A stretch of DNA of 64,000 bases. Origin: Schmidtea nova (Eukaryota). The notes under the pieces are model-generated. The model searched no databases and was not told the DNA's origin. It saw only the letters and a program-made list of their open reading frames with translations. How positions within the stretch are numbered: position 1 is the stretch's first letter; the number at the start of each line of letters is the position of its first letter. Shown here piece after piece: positions 1-14,550 of the stretch. The DNA lies in the NCBI GenBank assembly GCA_044892505.1, contig CM097882.1, positions 561,968,001 through 562,032,000 on the forward strand, given 5' to 3'. Both the position numbers and the translations under genes were made by a program.

Positions 1-187
1 AAAAGTGATACTAAAAGAAAAAAAAGAAATCTAAATTTTAAAGTTGAAAAATATAAATAAATTTGACACAAAAGTAACACGTTGTAATTGAAAAATTAAG
101 TTAAAAAAATAAAGAATAATAAGGTAAATTTGCTTGTGTCCGTATATAACCAATTAAATTAAAACAAATAAATATATTATAATATTT

Positions 188-418
188 NNNNNNNNNNNNN
201 NNNNNNNNNNNNNNNNNNNNNNNNNNNNNNNNNNNNNNNNNNNNNNNNNNNNNNNNNNNNNNNNNNNNNNNNNNNNNNNNNNNNNNNNNNNNNNNNNNNN
301 NNNNNNNNNNNNNNNNNNNNNNNNNNNNNNNNNNNNNNNNNNNNNNNNNNNNNNNNNNNNNNNNNNNNNNNNNNNNNNNNNNNNNNNNNNNNNNNNNNNN
401 NNNNNNNNNNNNNNNNNN
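188..418. other. Assembly gap (N run)
   Basis: Run of N. Confidence 1.
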
Positions 419-1080
419 GTCTTTATGGAAATTTTACGAATGTGATGCTTTTGTTATTTTTGATAAAGTAGTCATTATTATAGTTGTTTAATATTTTGAT
501 AGTTCAATTTTTGTAAATATTTTTCCCTTTAGTCTAGAGTGATTAAAAATTTTTTTAAGAAATGTTTTATAAGAAATATTTTCTTTATTAAATTTCTGCT
601 TCATAGTAATTTAATTTAAACGCATCTATGATGCGATAATAACAACAATATACAGAATATATAATTTACATAGAATGTGTTAAAGGTTTTTCATATGAAT
701 GGAATATATGAGTAAGCTTATGATACTCCTCGCATATCATTCCTGGAGAATAACTTTATTTAAAAATTCACTATTAGCAATAAATGCCTTTTCTTGAATT
801 AAAACATTTGAAAAAGACAGTGCCCAGATTTTTTTTGAATAAAAAAAAAGATTTTTAATTTGTTGTATAAAAAATAAAATAAGCAAAACTTTTTATTAAA
901 TTAAATTCTTTCATCAGATCATTTAGAATTTACGAGTGTTAGCAAATTTGATCGGATTTGTTTTTATATTACTATTATTATATTATTTAAATAATGAATA
1001 ATTTACAAAATTTTTAAGGAGACAAATTAATTTATAAAAAAAATTAATTGAAATAAATTATATTTTTTTTCGCTCTATAG

Positions 1081-1225
1081 CTGAACATTCTTCATTGGAT
1101 AATATTAATTGTAAAATATATTTATAAATTTATTCTAAGCCGATAATCTTTTTTATGAGAATTCAGATCATGATAATTTTAATAATGTTTACTCTTCAAA
1201 TGAAGAAAGCGAAGGCTATGATTGA
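1081..1225 (+). CDS. Possible last two exons of an unidentified host gene (...EHSSLDNINS/DNLFYENSDHDNFNNVYSSNEESEGYD*)
   Basis: Acceptor TAG at 1078-1080, exon 1081-1110, 29-nt GT..AAG intron 1111-1139, in-frame exon 1140-1225 ending TGA; no homology recognised. Confidence 0.3.
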
Positions 1226-2199
1226 ATAAGATAAAAATGATTAATTTATTATTGGATTGAAATTGCGATGAATATTTTGGATATATTTAAATAATAAAAT
1301 ACATTTTATGCTTTGTAATATGTGATGTATTATTAAGAATATCATTAAAATGCTGCGGCTTATAAAATGAGTAGAAAGTAACTGAAAAGTATAATTTTTT
1401 ACCTTATACAAAACGACGAACACTAAATTGATTCTCGAGTTCATTATCTATAGAAAGGGATTGAAAAATAAAATTTTTGAGTTTTATTAATTTTTATGAA
1501 TACTGTTTTAAAAAAATTTAACTTGAATGGAATATTAAAAAGTGAGCGAGGAATAATAAAGGAAATTAGATGAGGTAGATGGGAGATGATTAACATACCA
1601 AACCAAATAAAAAACCCAATGATTGAGATATTGCATTTTATATGTTGATTGTTATATTGTTAATAATATAGTTGTTTAAATATTCAAAATATTAATGTAA
1701 TTTCATTATATATGTGTGTGTGTCACAGTAAAAGTATAAATATAATCATAATCATAATCATAATAATCATAATAATAATAATAATAATAATTATATAAAA
1801 ATAAAAATAATTATAATTATAATTATATATAATGTATCATTAGTTATTTATTTAATTATTTAACTCGGAAATTTGTCCTATTTTCTTTATATTTTCAGTG
1901 TCCGAATTTCTTTTCAAAGACGATTATTTTGCCTCTTATTAAATAAATCAAGATTAATGATTTTATAATTTAATAATATCTCGTAAATTAGTTTAAAAAC
2001 TAACGTAAATTTTTTATATATTTTTTATCAATAAAAAATATTTGTAAGTCTACTTAGCAGTTGATTTTTACAGCATTTTTTAGATACCGTATATACTCGC
2101 GTATAGGCGTAGTATATACGAGCATATATATGGTTCTTAGTGAATTGCATAATTCGAAATAAATTAAATATTACCCATCATTTCTTACGCAAGTCATCT

Positions 2200-3090
2200 A
2201 TTTTGGACTTTTTTTCAACCATATTTTGGTGGGTTGGCTTATGTACTAAAGACATTTAGTCATAATAAACAAAATCACAAATTACAAAATGATGAAATGT
2301 CAATGGAAAAGAAAATTTGGCCCTCCATTTCAAATTTATAAAAATCTTTGAAATAATTGGCTCCTAGGATGGAACGGTTGTTGCAATTACAATTTTGTGT
2401 GCTAAACGCACTGGCGGACATGGGAACCAATCAATTTTATGAAGAAAACGATTTATAATGCTAAAAGAGATTTTTAATGTCTTAAAACTAACTGAATTGG
2501 CTGTAAAATAACTGACTAAGAAGTCTTCAAATCTTCTGACCTGTGAGAATGCGTATTCAAATTACTATTCAATATTCTTGCTAAACAAGAACCCAAGTTA
2601 AGTGAAATGATGCTTGAAGCTCTCCAAAAACGATAAAATAAGCGGCAAAACCAGGATTTCGTTGTTGAAATGCTAACAAAATTCAAACATGGTACAAAGT
2701 GAAGATAACTTCAGTAGCTCGTCTAAAGCAGCGATTGTCAATTGAGCTAAAAATATTATCAGAGAAATTTTTCCAATGAAATGAAACTGTAGCACGATGA
2801 ATCATTTGAAGATGAGGAAATTGAAAATAACCCGAACAATCTAGCGCCACAAATGCGGAAATCAATATCATCAGTAACTCTACTTCAATCCAAGAAAGCA
2901 AATCCATTTTTACAGATGAAAAAAAGCATTGAAGGCATGGAGCAACTAGTATCCGCAGGCCTATTTTGACAAGACTGGACAACGGATTAAAAACTATTCA
3001 ACCAACATCAACGGCAAGCGAAAAAAAAGTTTTCAGTAGCTGGAAACTTTTCAACAAAGCTTCCAAACTTTATGAAAATTCTAATGTGAA
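2200..3090 (+). mobile_element. Decayed hAT transposase remnant
   Basis: Broken frames give TELAVK*LTKKSSNLLTCEN (resembling the hAT at 42.2-43.3 kb) and TSTASEK-VFSVAGNFSTKL (hAT C-terminal dimerisation motif); boundaries approximate. Confidence 0.6.
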
Positions 3091-3605
3091 CGTATTAATA
3101 TTTTTAAAATATTATTTTTTGAAAAATTGATTTGTATGATTGACGATTAAGGTATAAAATATAGAAACCGAAACAAAAATGAAACGATGAAAGAAACTTA
3201 AATAAAAGGTAATTGAACTTGATACTTTAATGATAAAAAATAACAAGATATGCAATGGATTTAAAAATTGTTATGAAAAATATGAAAGAGCAGAAAATAC
3301 CATTTAGTCACAAAATAAAAATGATTGAACTTCAATTCTATGTCGTATTTACTTGTAAATCAACAATTATCGTTTGTTGTATGAATACACGTATATTTTT
3401 GATAAATTTTCACATGTTTGCCAAATTTTTACGATTTAATCAACTTTTAAAAAATACATATGAAAACCGTCCAAACCCGGTTTAAATACGACTTTGAATT
3501 TTTCTGAATTCTCTAGTTCGTTTGATTCATCGATAAAATATTTTAAATTTTTATTTAATAAATACTTAAACAAACATGAGAACGAATTAATTAAAGTAAA
3601 ACGCC

Positions 3606-3669
3606 ATTTATACAACATACGAACTATTTATTTCGACAGACTCCCTGCCATCTTCAGGTATCCATAAAT
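3606..3669 (-). ncRNA. Degenerate type-I hammerhead ribozyme motif at the Penelope 3' end
   Basis: Minus strand: ATTTATGGATAC-CTGAAGA-T-GGCAG(GGAGT)CTGTC-GAAA-TAAATAGTTC-GTATGTTGTATAAAT; core boxes, stem II and stem I pair, stem III is poorly paired. Confidence 0.55.
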
Positions 3670-5330
3670 CTATGCTAAATTCAAGTTAAAGAAACAATTT
3701 ATAAAATATAATTAGATAAAGATTTTAATTTTTTTTAATTTTTTAAATATTATTTTAAAATATAAAATTTAATTTATTAAGAATCAAACCACAAATTAAT
3801 TTAAAAATAATTAAATATTAAAAATTTTATTTAAAATTTTAAAAATTATTTTTAAAAAAGATATTTTTAAAAAATTTTATTTATTATATTTCACCAAAGC
3901 TAATTTCATCATTCAATTTAATTAATTCAATTTCATTTCATTTCATCCTTTAATTTAATTAATACAACAAAACGCACATATTAACACGCAAACTATTTAA
4001 AAACATTCAAAATACACTTGTTCACAGCATTCTGCACATTAATTTTAGGATTTAAAGATCTTATCAACAACGCATCACATATAATGCGTTCATAATGATT
4101 ATTAAGATTTTTTGATAAAATTTTAAAATCAATCCTGCCAACAATTTCTGTTACAGATTTTAGTATGATCAATAATATTGGACACTCCCTTTAGTCGATC
4201 ATTTTCAAGAACTCAAGTACAGAGATGGCGGGCAGTATCTCCAATGAATGTGGCATTACAACCATTACATGTAAATTGATAAACGAGATCTGAAAAAAAT
4301 TCAACCGGAGTTTGCGACTTATTAACAAACATACTACTCACTTTGCACGAATTGGAGATAATCCTAAAGTTTAGACAGCTCAATTGCTTTCATATCTTCT
4401 TTTTATGCTCTTTAAACCCCTCCGAATACGGCAATACCATCGTGAATTTAGGATTTTCATGTTTGATAGATCCTATTCTGCTATTCATTCCATCATCCAA
4501 ATTATCAGTATTATTGTATTAACCCTTATAAGGATCCTTAGGATTATATTTACGTTTATCCACCGTTTCTTTCATCATCATCATTTATTTAATACATCTA
4601 TTTAAACCAAACTCATTTTCGTTTTAGATTTTAAAATTTTGAAGTATTTCGAAAAATTCTATAATATTCATTTATACCATAAGCTCCCAACGGGGCGGTA
4701 CACCCACCGCTGGACAGAAAATAGATCTACGAGGCTTTTTTCGTCTAAGGCAAATTTACGGGTCGTTCAGGACTACCTTCCGCTATCCTGAGCAATATTC
4801 GCAAAAACACACTGCAAAATTTGATCTATACTAAAAATCTTCGAACGCATGTTTCAATAAGTAGTTCTAATGTCTTTTAAGCAAAATCAGTCTATATTAA
4901 AAAGGTATTGATATATCAAGAATTTTAACTTCAAAGACAAATTCCAGTAGTACATCAAGCTTTATGGGCTGCATCAAAAACTCTTTTTCAATGCATTTGC
5001 CATCAACATATTTTGCCGAAAGAGAATTTAGCGGAGTCAGTAATTTACTACAAAGAAAAGAAACAGATTGTCAATAGTGGAACGCGGAAATTTAAAATTT
5101 CTGATGACAAATATAGTACCAAATATCGACAGATGAGTGTTATAACATCTAACGTAGCCCTCTCATAAGTAGTACAGTTATCAAGTTCAATTCAATACCT
5201 CTTTCGACAATTATACGAGCTTATTAGGACACTTCGTGAAGAATAGCTCAATTGTATAATGTCTAGAAAACAACAACTACTAACCACTGATTTGGATTAA
5301 ATATGGGTAATTGATTTCGATTGTTTCCGG
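3606..5330 (-). mobile_element. Decayed Penelope-like retroelement (RT plus GIY-YIG endonuclease)
   Basis: Minus strand gives SDLVYQFTCNGCNATFIGDTARHLCT (GIY-YIG motif) and KNLNNHYERIICDALLIRSLNPKINVQ (typical Penelope C-terminus) at about 4030-4300, RT-like fragments to about 5300, and a hammerhead-like motif downstream. Confidence 0.75.
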
Positions 5331-8195
5331 GCTTTGACTTTATTCTTTAATCAATATTCTTTGGCCTTTGAAACTTCTCGTCTGCTTGGCTTCCTTTGTC
5401 TTTGCAACACAATTTTTATCTCAGCTACTGATTCAATCAATAAGTTTCCTTTTGTGTATCAAATTTCTCCTTTCGCATTTCAAACTCGTTTCGTATTGTA
5501 TACGTCAATTTTTAATTTACCTCTGGTTCAGGTTTCAATCTTTTTCTTTGTCAATTTCAAATTCTCCACTAAATCTTGTCTACCACAATTTTTCTTACTC
5601 CCACAATTTCTGTCTACAATTCTTAAATGTTCTGTCTAAATTTTCTCTAAAATTTTCTCTAAAATTCTGTCTAAACATCTGCCTGCTTCTGCTGTACCTC
5701 TCCTTTTATATATCGTCAAATTTTATGGCACTAAAGATAATTTTGTTTTTTGCATTTTAATTCCCGGCCATCTCGTGTTTTTCCCCAATTCCTGTTTTAT
5801 CTATGACAGCTGTCTAGATGATTTTGGATTTCCCTTTTTTACTTTTGAGGCCGACTTTTATCCGCACTCCTGTTATCTGACAAGTTGTCAGGATTTTATT
5901 TTCTTACTTGTTTTTGTTTACGTTTTGAAAATTCCTTTCTCGTTTTTGTACTTATTAATTAGGAATGACCTTTGTTTTTTATTTCTTGTTTGATCCCTTT
6001 TGTTTGTTCCCAACTTCTCATCTTTCATTTCTTTTTATTTCCGTTTCCTTTTTCATGTTCCCATTGGCCACCTTCTTTGTCATGACGATTTTCCCCAGGT
6101 AATTTTATTTGTTTATTTATAAATTTGTTATTTAGATATCCTCAACAGTAAGAAAATTTTATTTTATTGGCTTGGCAGCCATAATATGTGAATTTTTGTA
6201 AATAAAAAGTTGGTATACTTAACCCATTATTTTTGCTGAATATTGGGATCCTAAACAAGTATTTTAATATTTTATGAATTTAGTATAATGGTCAGGGAGA
6301 TTTTTTCAGCTAATAACTCAAACTATATTTGTTATCGCTGATATTATACGCTTCCTGTCAGACTTGCATATTTCCCGTGCGAATTTGACCGACTGACGTC
6401 ACTTTCGAAATGTGACAGACCAAAGTAAACTTGTCAACAAAATAAAATATTTCAAAAAATAGTATTGTTGGGTTTTAATATTCGAGTCGGTACTCTCTGA
6501 CTCCTCGTGTCCCATTAATCGTAAATAACAAAAATAAACTCCCCAACGTATATTGAATTACAAAATATATCTTTCGACACAAATAATCAATAACTAAGTT
6601 TTAATGAGTTTGACCGATTCTCTGCTCGGTATTGATACTTTGTCAATTTGGTATAATAATGTTCCCCTTTTTTAGTCAATGCTTCTTTGATTCACCTCTT
6701 TTCTTTATTTATTAGATTCGCTTTTAATTCTCTTTTCGTTTTCGTCAGTATCTACTGATTCTATCTTTTCTTTTTCCCTCACTTCCTATTTTCTACTTTT
6801 CCTCCTTTTTTAGTCCAATTCCTTCGTGTCCCTAGCTGAGGCAAAATGCCAATTTGTTCTGATTTTCACCTTCCTTTTATACTCTTCCAAATCTGGATGA
6901 CAAATGGGTTTTGCTGAGCCAATCTCTCTTCCGATATTCAGCTCCACATCTCTGCCTCGGCTGTCATCCGGAATGGCCCGACCAATTAAAATAATTAATA
7001 GCCTGCCTTGGACTTCTCTACACATATTATCTCTTCTTGACCTAATCCCATTAATTATTGTGACCAGATAATGGGCCTAAATATTCCTTCTGTTTACTTT
7101 TCTCTTTGTTTACCCAGCTCGAGATTTCTTTCTCTTTGCTAATTAATTAATTAATTAATTCCTTTCCTTTTCTTGTTTTTAACTCCTAAGTACCTTTTCG
7201 CACCCTTCTTGACACTTTCTGAAAATTCCGTTATCACCATGTAATTCCTCGTTACTTGTTCCCCCCACGACCAATTTTCCAGATTTCAATTCGAACATTT
7301 AAATCTTTTATCGATTTTTCACAATTCACATTTTTGTGCTTTTCCCCATAATGATACACTTTCTGACGCTTTTGTTCTCTTTTTATTTCTTTACACTATC
7401 AATTCTATACCTGACTCGATTTTCACATCTCTCCTTCATTTTGTTATAAATATAATTTTATTTTGAATTTTATTAATTTATTTTATTACTTCAACAGTAT
7501 TCATCTATTAATTGATAAAAAATAGTATAAATATTTTTTTCGCCTTAAATACAACCTCAAATTTTTCATTTTTACCAATTTCGGGATAATTTACCCTGGT
7601 TCCTTGACCACTGTCTTAGAACTGCAAATAAAAAATTGATCCAATAATATTAATATTAATTGTTGTAAGACTAGATCGAAAAATCTTTTTTTTATTATTA
7701 TTTCATACACAAGTGACAAAGGCTGTGCTAAAACATCATCTTGTCCTTATAAACAAAATTTTGTTTGACCTAGTTTTAAAAAGATTAATATGAAAATTAT
7801 TGAAATTTAAAAAAAGATATTTGATATTTTATTCTAACCTAATGTATTAAAATATCAAAATAATTTCATTGCTGCAGAAATGAGTCAGGGAAATAGTGGG
7901 AAACAACTTATTCAAACATAAATTGAATCAACAATATATCTCGTGAAAAAAATTCCATTTGTCATGTGCAAATTTACAAAATATTTGTTAAAGGATAATG
8001 AAAAATACTTTTTTTGACATACTTGTTTTGTTTAAACGAAGACTGCCAAATACGACTTAACTCGTAATTAACATATCTGTATCAGTTAATGTGTTAACTT
8101 AAATTTTTTGTGAAAATTGAATTTAAAGATTCTCACTTAAAATTGCGATTTATTTTATTTTCGTTTCATTTCAAAATAGAGATAAATATATTTAA

Positions 8196-8468
8196 CCCTT
8201 TCAACTCTTGAATTTTTTGTTGCATGACATATCTGTAACTCCAGCATACATCTTTGCAGTTTCAAACAAAAATGGTAGACTTAAGACAAAATTAATTAAA
8301 AAATAAAAATAAAAAAGGTATCATGCAAGTGTACATTCAAAGCACTAGATATATTAGTAACTGGTGAATTGGGTTTGTACCTGCTCTTAAAGGTACCTAA
8401 ACCTTTTTAGGTTAAACAATACATGTATACATAGTGGCGACATATAGTCGCCAACGGAGTGCAAAAGG
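8196..8468. mobile_element. Possible piggyBac-type MITE
   Basis: TTAA on both sides; imperfect TIR CCCTTTCAACTC / GAGTGCAAAAGG. Confidence 0.35.
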
Positions 8469-8939
8469 TTAAATACTTGAAAAGGCAGTGCCGAAATTTC
8501 GTCGTAAATATAACGCAAAAAAATATTGAATTCAGTTTGAAAGACTAATGATAAAGGAAATTGAAAATAACTATAAAAATGGATGAAAAAAGGAAAAAGT
8601 TAAAATTTCAATTTTATTAATTTGTAAAAATAATTATTTATGATCTGATCAAAATTTCAAGTATTACATTTATGACACCAATAATAGTCAAATTAAAACT
8701 AATTAAATGGTACAAGTAATGTGATAAGCCAAATGTCATGTATTTGAAACAGGTAATTAGAGCTGTTTCGATAAATTCGACAATTAAAATTTTCGAAACA
8801 ACCAATAAATTATAATAAAAGTAAATAATTTTTAGTTTACAGGTTGATTGACTGGTTGAAATAAGGTTGTTATATAAATTCTAATGGTAGACTAATTTTG
8901 AGGTTATTTGTCACTCATGGATGCCACGTAAGAAACTCA

Positions 8940-9012
8940 ATCCCTCATGGGATCAAACCCATGGACTTTACAATGATATTATAGAAACTATTTACTCCAC
9001 CACCAGGCCACA
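8940..9012 (-). repeat. tRNA-derived SINE-like fragment
   Basis: Minus strand has A-box-like TGGCCTGGTGG and B-box-like GGTTTGATCCC, each with one mismatch; no cloverleaf. Confidence 0.3.
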
Positions 9013-9581
9013 TCTAATATTACAACTGTTGAATAGTTCTTGTCCTTATGTTTGTTTATATAAGTGTTGTAAAAGTAATGCTATTTAAACAAGTAAATTT
9101 TTTAGTCACTGAGGCATTATCCTGGATTTATTTTCAATTGCGGAATTTCGGGACTACATTCTCTAAATGCGGCAATCCTGAGATCTACAAGTACCTATTT
9201 ATGAAAAAAAAATGTTCTGAATTATTTTTTGTCATTGTTAAATCTTAATTGCGAAAAAATTTAGAAACATTATTTTACTTTAGAAATTTAATTTAAGCGC
9301 ACATTGTTTAATACTTCGTCATCCAAACGAATTTTTCATTTGTGTGTTAAATAGCCCGGTCAAAGTAAATCCTCGATGTGATTTGACATTAGTCAGCTTT
9401 TTGTTATTAAATAAGAATATGCTTATTCCAGGTAGTCACCGAGTGTACCACTAGATCACAAAATAAATCTTATGGCAAGATAATGAAATGTCCGTATTAT
9501 AAAATAATTAGTATATAGTACTATACTATCTATTCCCTTCAAAATACTATTCCACAATGATTTTGAACTAAGTAAAGAATA

Positions 9582-9587
9582 CTAATG
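9582..9587 (+). repeat. Left 6-bp target-site duplication CTAATG
   Basis: Abuts the AGT terminus; identical hexamer at 22682-22687. Confidence 0.9.
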
Positions 9588-10123
9588 AGTAGGTAGATGT
9601 GTCCGGTCTGGATCCGTATCAGTTATCGCGCGTTTTTTGGCGCCATTTTTAAAGTTTGATTTGTTTAAATGTATGGAATTTTTTATTATTATTTTTATTT
9701 TATTATTAAATTTTTTTTTTTAATTATTTTTTTTTTATTAATTAATTTTTTTTAATTAGTTATTTATATTTATTTTTTTTTAACTTATATTTATTAATAT
9801 TTTTTTTTATTTAGTTCTTTTTTTTTGTTAGTATTATTTATTGTTGTTATTATAATTTTTGAACCACTTCAATGATAAACGTTCAATGAAAACATTCATA
9901 AAAATAATATAAACATATAACAAAATGAGACGATTATACACAACATAAAATTACATAGTCAAATACGATAAATATTAAACTATTATTATTATTAATATTA
10001 CTATTATTTCTATGACATAACCACAGTTTCTAAAAACTATTACCCAAATTAAAAAACAGACTGAAACTAATCTGTACAATATATAACTAAATAAATGAAA
10101 AAACAAAGTTTTTCAACAAAATT

Positions 10124-13100
10124 TTATTTAAATAAAACTGTTTCTTCTTCAGTTTGACCTTGGAATTGTTGATCTGGATTGATTCTGGGTTCGGTATGTT
10201 GAAATATAACCAAGTCACCTCCCATAAAATGGCCATATGCCAAGCTTTTATTTTTCGCAACCCATTTCCTTTTATCATCTGCGTTTGTCAGTGCAGTCTT
10301 TTCATTTTTAATAGTAAAAAGTTGGTGATTTTTACTTGTGATTCTGGTTTGAGGAACAGAAAATATTTGGTTATTATTAAAACAGTCCAGGTACGACTGA
10401 TGCTTTATGTCAGTACCCGCTAATGTTGCCCCTTTAGCTTTATTAGTTTCCTCGTCACCTAAAAGACTATAACATTTAGGTCTAAGAAACACCCACTCCT
10501 CGTATTTAAGCCCTTTATTCTCGTCTTTGAACTTGCCAATGACAGAATCAAGGTTCCTACTATATAATGGGTGATTCGGATCATAATTAGAAGTGTCAAG
10601 TAAGTTATCTCTTATCATGGCCGGTAAAAGAATATCAAGCTTACAATTTCTAATCTCAAGAAAAAACGAATCGGTGTCACCAGCTACGATGTTAATTTCG
10701 CAGTTGAATTCGTTACGATATTTTTGTAACTCTTCATACTGCAGCTGGTACATTCTAAGTTTAGATAGATCCAGTACAGTTTGACCAATGTAGCTGGGTC
10801 TATCCAAACACACCGATTCCTGATTCAGCAAGACGGCAACCAAATCATCGTCAATTTCGAAAGTCCTTTTAAAAGTTGGCTTAGAAGTATATGTAATCAG
10901 CCTAGAAGCCGAATTACATAATCTTAAATTTATGCGCTTTTTAAGATTCTCTACGGTTTTACCGTAGAGACTATTATTTAATAATTTAAAATAATTTTTA
11001 CCCAGAGCATTACTTGATTCTGCTCTAAGTCTGGTATTGGTATCGATATAATCCTTAAAAATGCATGCTTGTTTAAATTTAATTGCCCTATGGACATGAG
11101 TTATTTTTACTCCAAGAGAAAGAAAAAGTTTGAGAAGTCTCCAATGAAGAACATAGTTCTTCTTGGGATAATGCGTAAGCATCAACTTCTCAACCTTTGA
11201 GCCAGGTGGACACATCTTTTCAGCGGCAACTGGCAAATCATCCAGCTTGTCGTGAATCGAATCAGGAATTTCTAAATAGACTTCTAATGTAAATCCAAAT
11301 GTTAATACTTCTAAATCAGCAGATTCACAGTAATAAATAATTTTATTTAATTTTTCCCTATCAGTTACCCATTTAAATTCTTTATAAGGTAGTTTTTGGC
11401 TTAAGGCCCACCCATATAAATTATTTATATCTATATAAAGAAGCTCAGTGTCGTCGGAGGATACTACATGGTGTTTGTTAACAAATGTTAACCCACCACG
11501 GATCCCCCCTTCGAAAAAATTATACATCTCCATATCTTGAAGCAACTCGATAGGAGATTTCAAAGTCATCAAAGCTGAATTCCATGACATGCCTGGAATT
11601 CCCAAGAAATTAAGAGGCTCAAGTCGGTTATGTGCAATGGATTTTGCCCTAAATTGCTGAAAAAAGTCGGCAAGTAAGAAAACATCCAATTTCAGGTATA
11701 ACATCATATAATCAAACAATGTTTCACAATTAAATTCATCCCATATTTGTTGAGCTTTTTCATACTCGTCGATTTTAACTCCTTCCCAAATCGGTGGGAA
11801 CTCGTATGTATTTTGTAAAACCTCTAAAGAAGTTGCAAAATTATATGGGAATATGCCTTTGGATGTAATAATAGTCCCTATAAATTCGGATGAAGTAAGA
11901 GGAAAATCTGTTAAAGTCTTTACAGCATCGTTTAAGCTACAGCTTACAAATTGGCAAGAATCGATAAATTTAATAGTTAAACTATCGACTCTTGCATATA
12001 AAGTCAAAAACTTTTCACTTGTAGTAGGAATACAACTTATATCCCATTTATCGAATTTATTTAAACCATACTTGAGGATATGATGCAAATCATATCCGCG
12101 TAAATTATGAAATATTACTGGCATGATGAATCTTATTTGCCGAGAAAAATTACATTTAGCGCAAGCCGCACCCAAGTATTTACCTGTATAATGGTCATGA
12201 TCTTTAACCGGATTTTTCAAAGGTTTATTACACAAATAACAAATTATAGAACTACGAAATGATCTTATTTGTGCAGGGGAAAGATATTCCATTTTCTTTT
12301 TGGAATTATTTATAAAGTAAGGTAAAACTAGTTTTTCTCCTATATCATTGATTTCGGTCAAAAACTCTTCTACACAGTTAAGACCATAAAAGCTTTTATA
12401 CGATTTTTCGCCAGTAAAGTTATTAATAAGCAACAAGCCAGCAGAAATAGGCAAGTGACGTTGAAAATACTTATCGTCCTTCGGTAAAACAGCCTCAAAA
12501 TCGGCATATACAACAAAAGGAGGGGTAACAATCTTTGACCAATCTTTAAATTCCAAGTTCTTATCCGAAGGCAAAGTATACAAAGTTGTACCTAACTGGT
12601 TTTTTGTGCATAAAGCCTGATGTTTCTCAAAAACTTCAGTCAATCTAAAACCATTCAAGCAACGCTCACACCAAATGCATCTTATCCTAACATTGGTAAC
12701 AGTAAGTGTGTCACAATTCAAAAGTCTATTAATATTAGTAACTCCTATATAATGAAAAGAGTCACTTTCCTCTAACAAAATCAAATTAATTGGAGTGCCA
12801 CCTACAACCTTTGACCTATGAATAATATCTACAAATGGATGTTTCATGACTTCATCCTCCTCATTAATATTATTTAGATCATACTCGTCATATGAAAGGA
12901 TATTTATAGCCAGTCCAGGGTTTTTCGCTTCAAATTTGGGGATATTACATACTTTCATTGGAAAATCAGAAGGATCAAACACAAGGTCTAAGGGATTATA
13001 ATTATAAGACTTACTTCTATTAGATTTCACATCCTTGTATTTTAAAATTGCCAAAATACTATATATAAAACACAAGTTATCTGTATTCTTTACATTGACA

Positions 13101-14501
13101 GTGCAATGTTTTGCATTTAATGATGGTGGAGTTGAACAAGAACCTTTACCGCTCAATCTACTTATTTGGGAATATTTTGTAAGTTTAAAGCTTATTTCTT
13201 TAATTTTATTTATTGACCAATTGCTGCCATTTTCGCAGACTTTAGTCATTTTTTCACTTAATAGAGCAATACCTTCATCTAAAAAGGTATCACTCATTGG
13301 TTTTGCAGAATTTGATATTATAAAAGATTGAAATTGCTTATTCTTTTCAAATTCTACATCAATGCAGAATTGAACTTTTACATACCCCATTTTGGAAATA
13401 ACTGAATTAAATTTATTTAATAAAGGTGAAGGAATAATTAATTTATTTAAATTTAAAGAATCCACATCCATTTTAACAATGGCATGGGATTTTTTCAAAT
13501 TATATTTAACCAAAGATTCAACAGAACCGCCATATTGGACAACATGCAAATTAGGAATAACTAAAACATCGTCATTTGATGAATGGACATCTTCATCATC
13601 AGATATTACATTTATTTTAGCCGGTTTAGGACAAACAATAACATTTCGTCGTTTACTTTTATTAATTAATGCGAAAAGACTTTTCTTAGTGCATGAGAAT
13701 TGATCTAAATGGAGATAATGTTGGAAATAAAAATCAATGTAATTTATATGTTGGGCGCTCTTACATGTGGGACATAAATAGAAGGTGACTTGATTATTTA
13801 TAAGACGATAGTATCGCTCCATTAACTTGTGGCAGTCGTTATGATTTGATGACTTACAATAATTCGGATAAAATTTACCTTAATATGAAATATCTTTAAA
13901 TTTATCAAAATATCATTAAAATAAATTAATAAAAAATATGAATTATTAGAAAATAAATATGAAACTTAAGATAAATATGATTTAAATATAATAATTACTA
14001 AAATAATTTAAATTTAATATAAAAATTATTACAAAATAATATTAAAGGAATTTGTTTAAATTAACTGTTTACGTAAAGTAAAGATTATTTAAATTATTAC
14101 AAAATATTACCAAAAATATATATTTACAAATATTTTACTATATTTATTTACTAAATTAATTAAAATAATTATCAAAATATAATTAAAATTAATCAATACT
14201 TACATTGAACATTCAATACCACATCAGGTATAACTCCATTATTCATAATATTCTCATTATCAACAATCTCAGCTTGTACGGTAGTTTGTTCAGTCATATT
14301 TACATCACCTAAAGTAAAAATTAAATAATATACTAATTTAATGATTAAATACCATTTTCTTCCGCATTTTCTAACATCGATTTCCCAATTGAATTATTGA
14401 TATTACCTAAATTAATACTAAATGATAATAAATTAAAAAATAAATTTACCGTTTTCTTTCCCACTTGGGTTTTCGTTCATAAAACTTGTTATCATGTTCA
14501 T
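10124..14501 (-). CDS. polB: Protein-primed family-B DNA polymerase, left copy; predicted exons 14501-14450, 14406-14353, 14308-14204, 13878-10124 (1321 aa; 1232 aa from the first ATG of the last exon)
   Basis: ExoI YADFEA, ExoII HNLRGYD, ExoIII YLKLD, PolA DINNLYG, PolB KLLNNSLYGK, PolC GDTDS, KCY; mirror image of the right copy. Confidence 0.93.
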
Positions 14502-14550
14502 TTTTAATGTTTATTATTTGTTAAAGTGAATAATGAATGAAAAAGGATTG

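Noticed and set aside
5334-7450. Several 70-130-aa ORFs in pyrimidine-rich sequence
   Set aside because: Low-complexity frames without motifs; probably decayed retroelement sequence that I cannot assign.
8940-9012. Functional tRNA gene
   Set aside because: Degenerate A and B boxes and no acceptor or anticodon stem pairing.
10087-13703. Short ORFs overlapping polB (63-103 aa) and their mirror copies at 18566-22182
   Set aside because: Antisense or alternative-frame shadows of the long ORF with no recognisable motifs.
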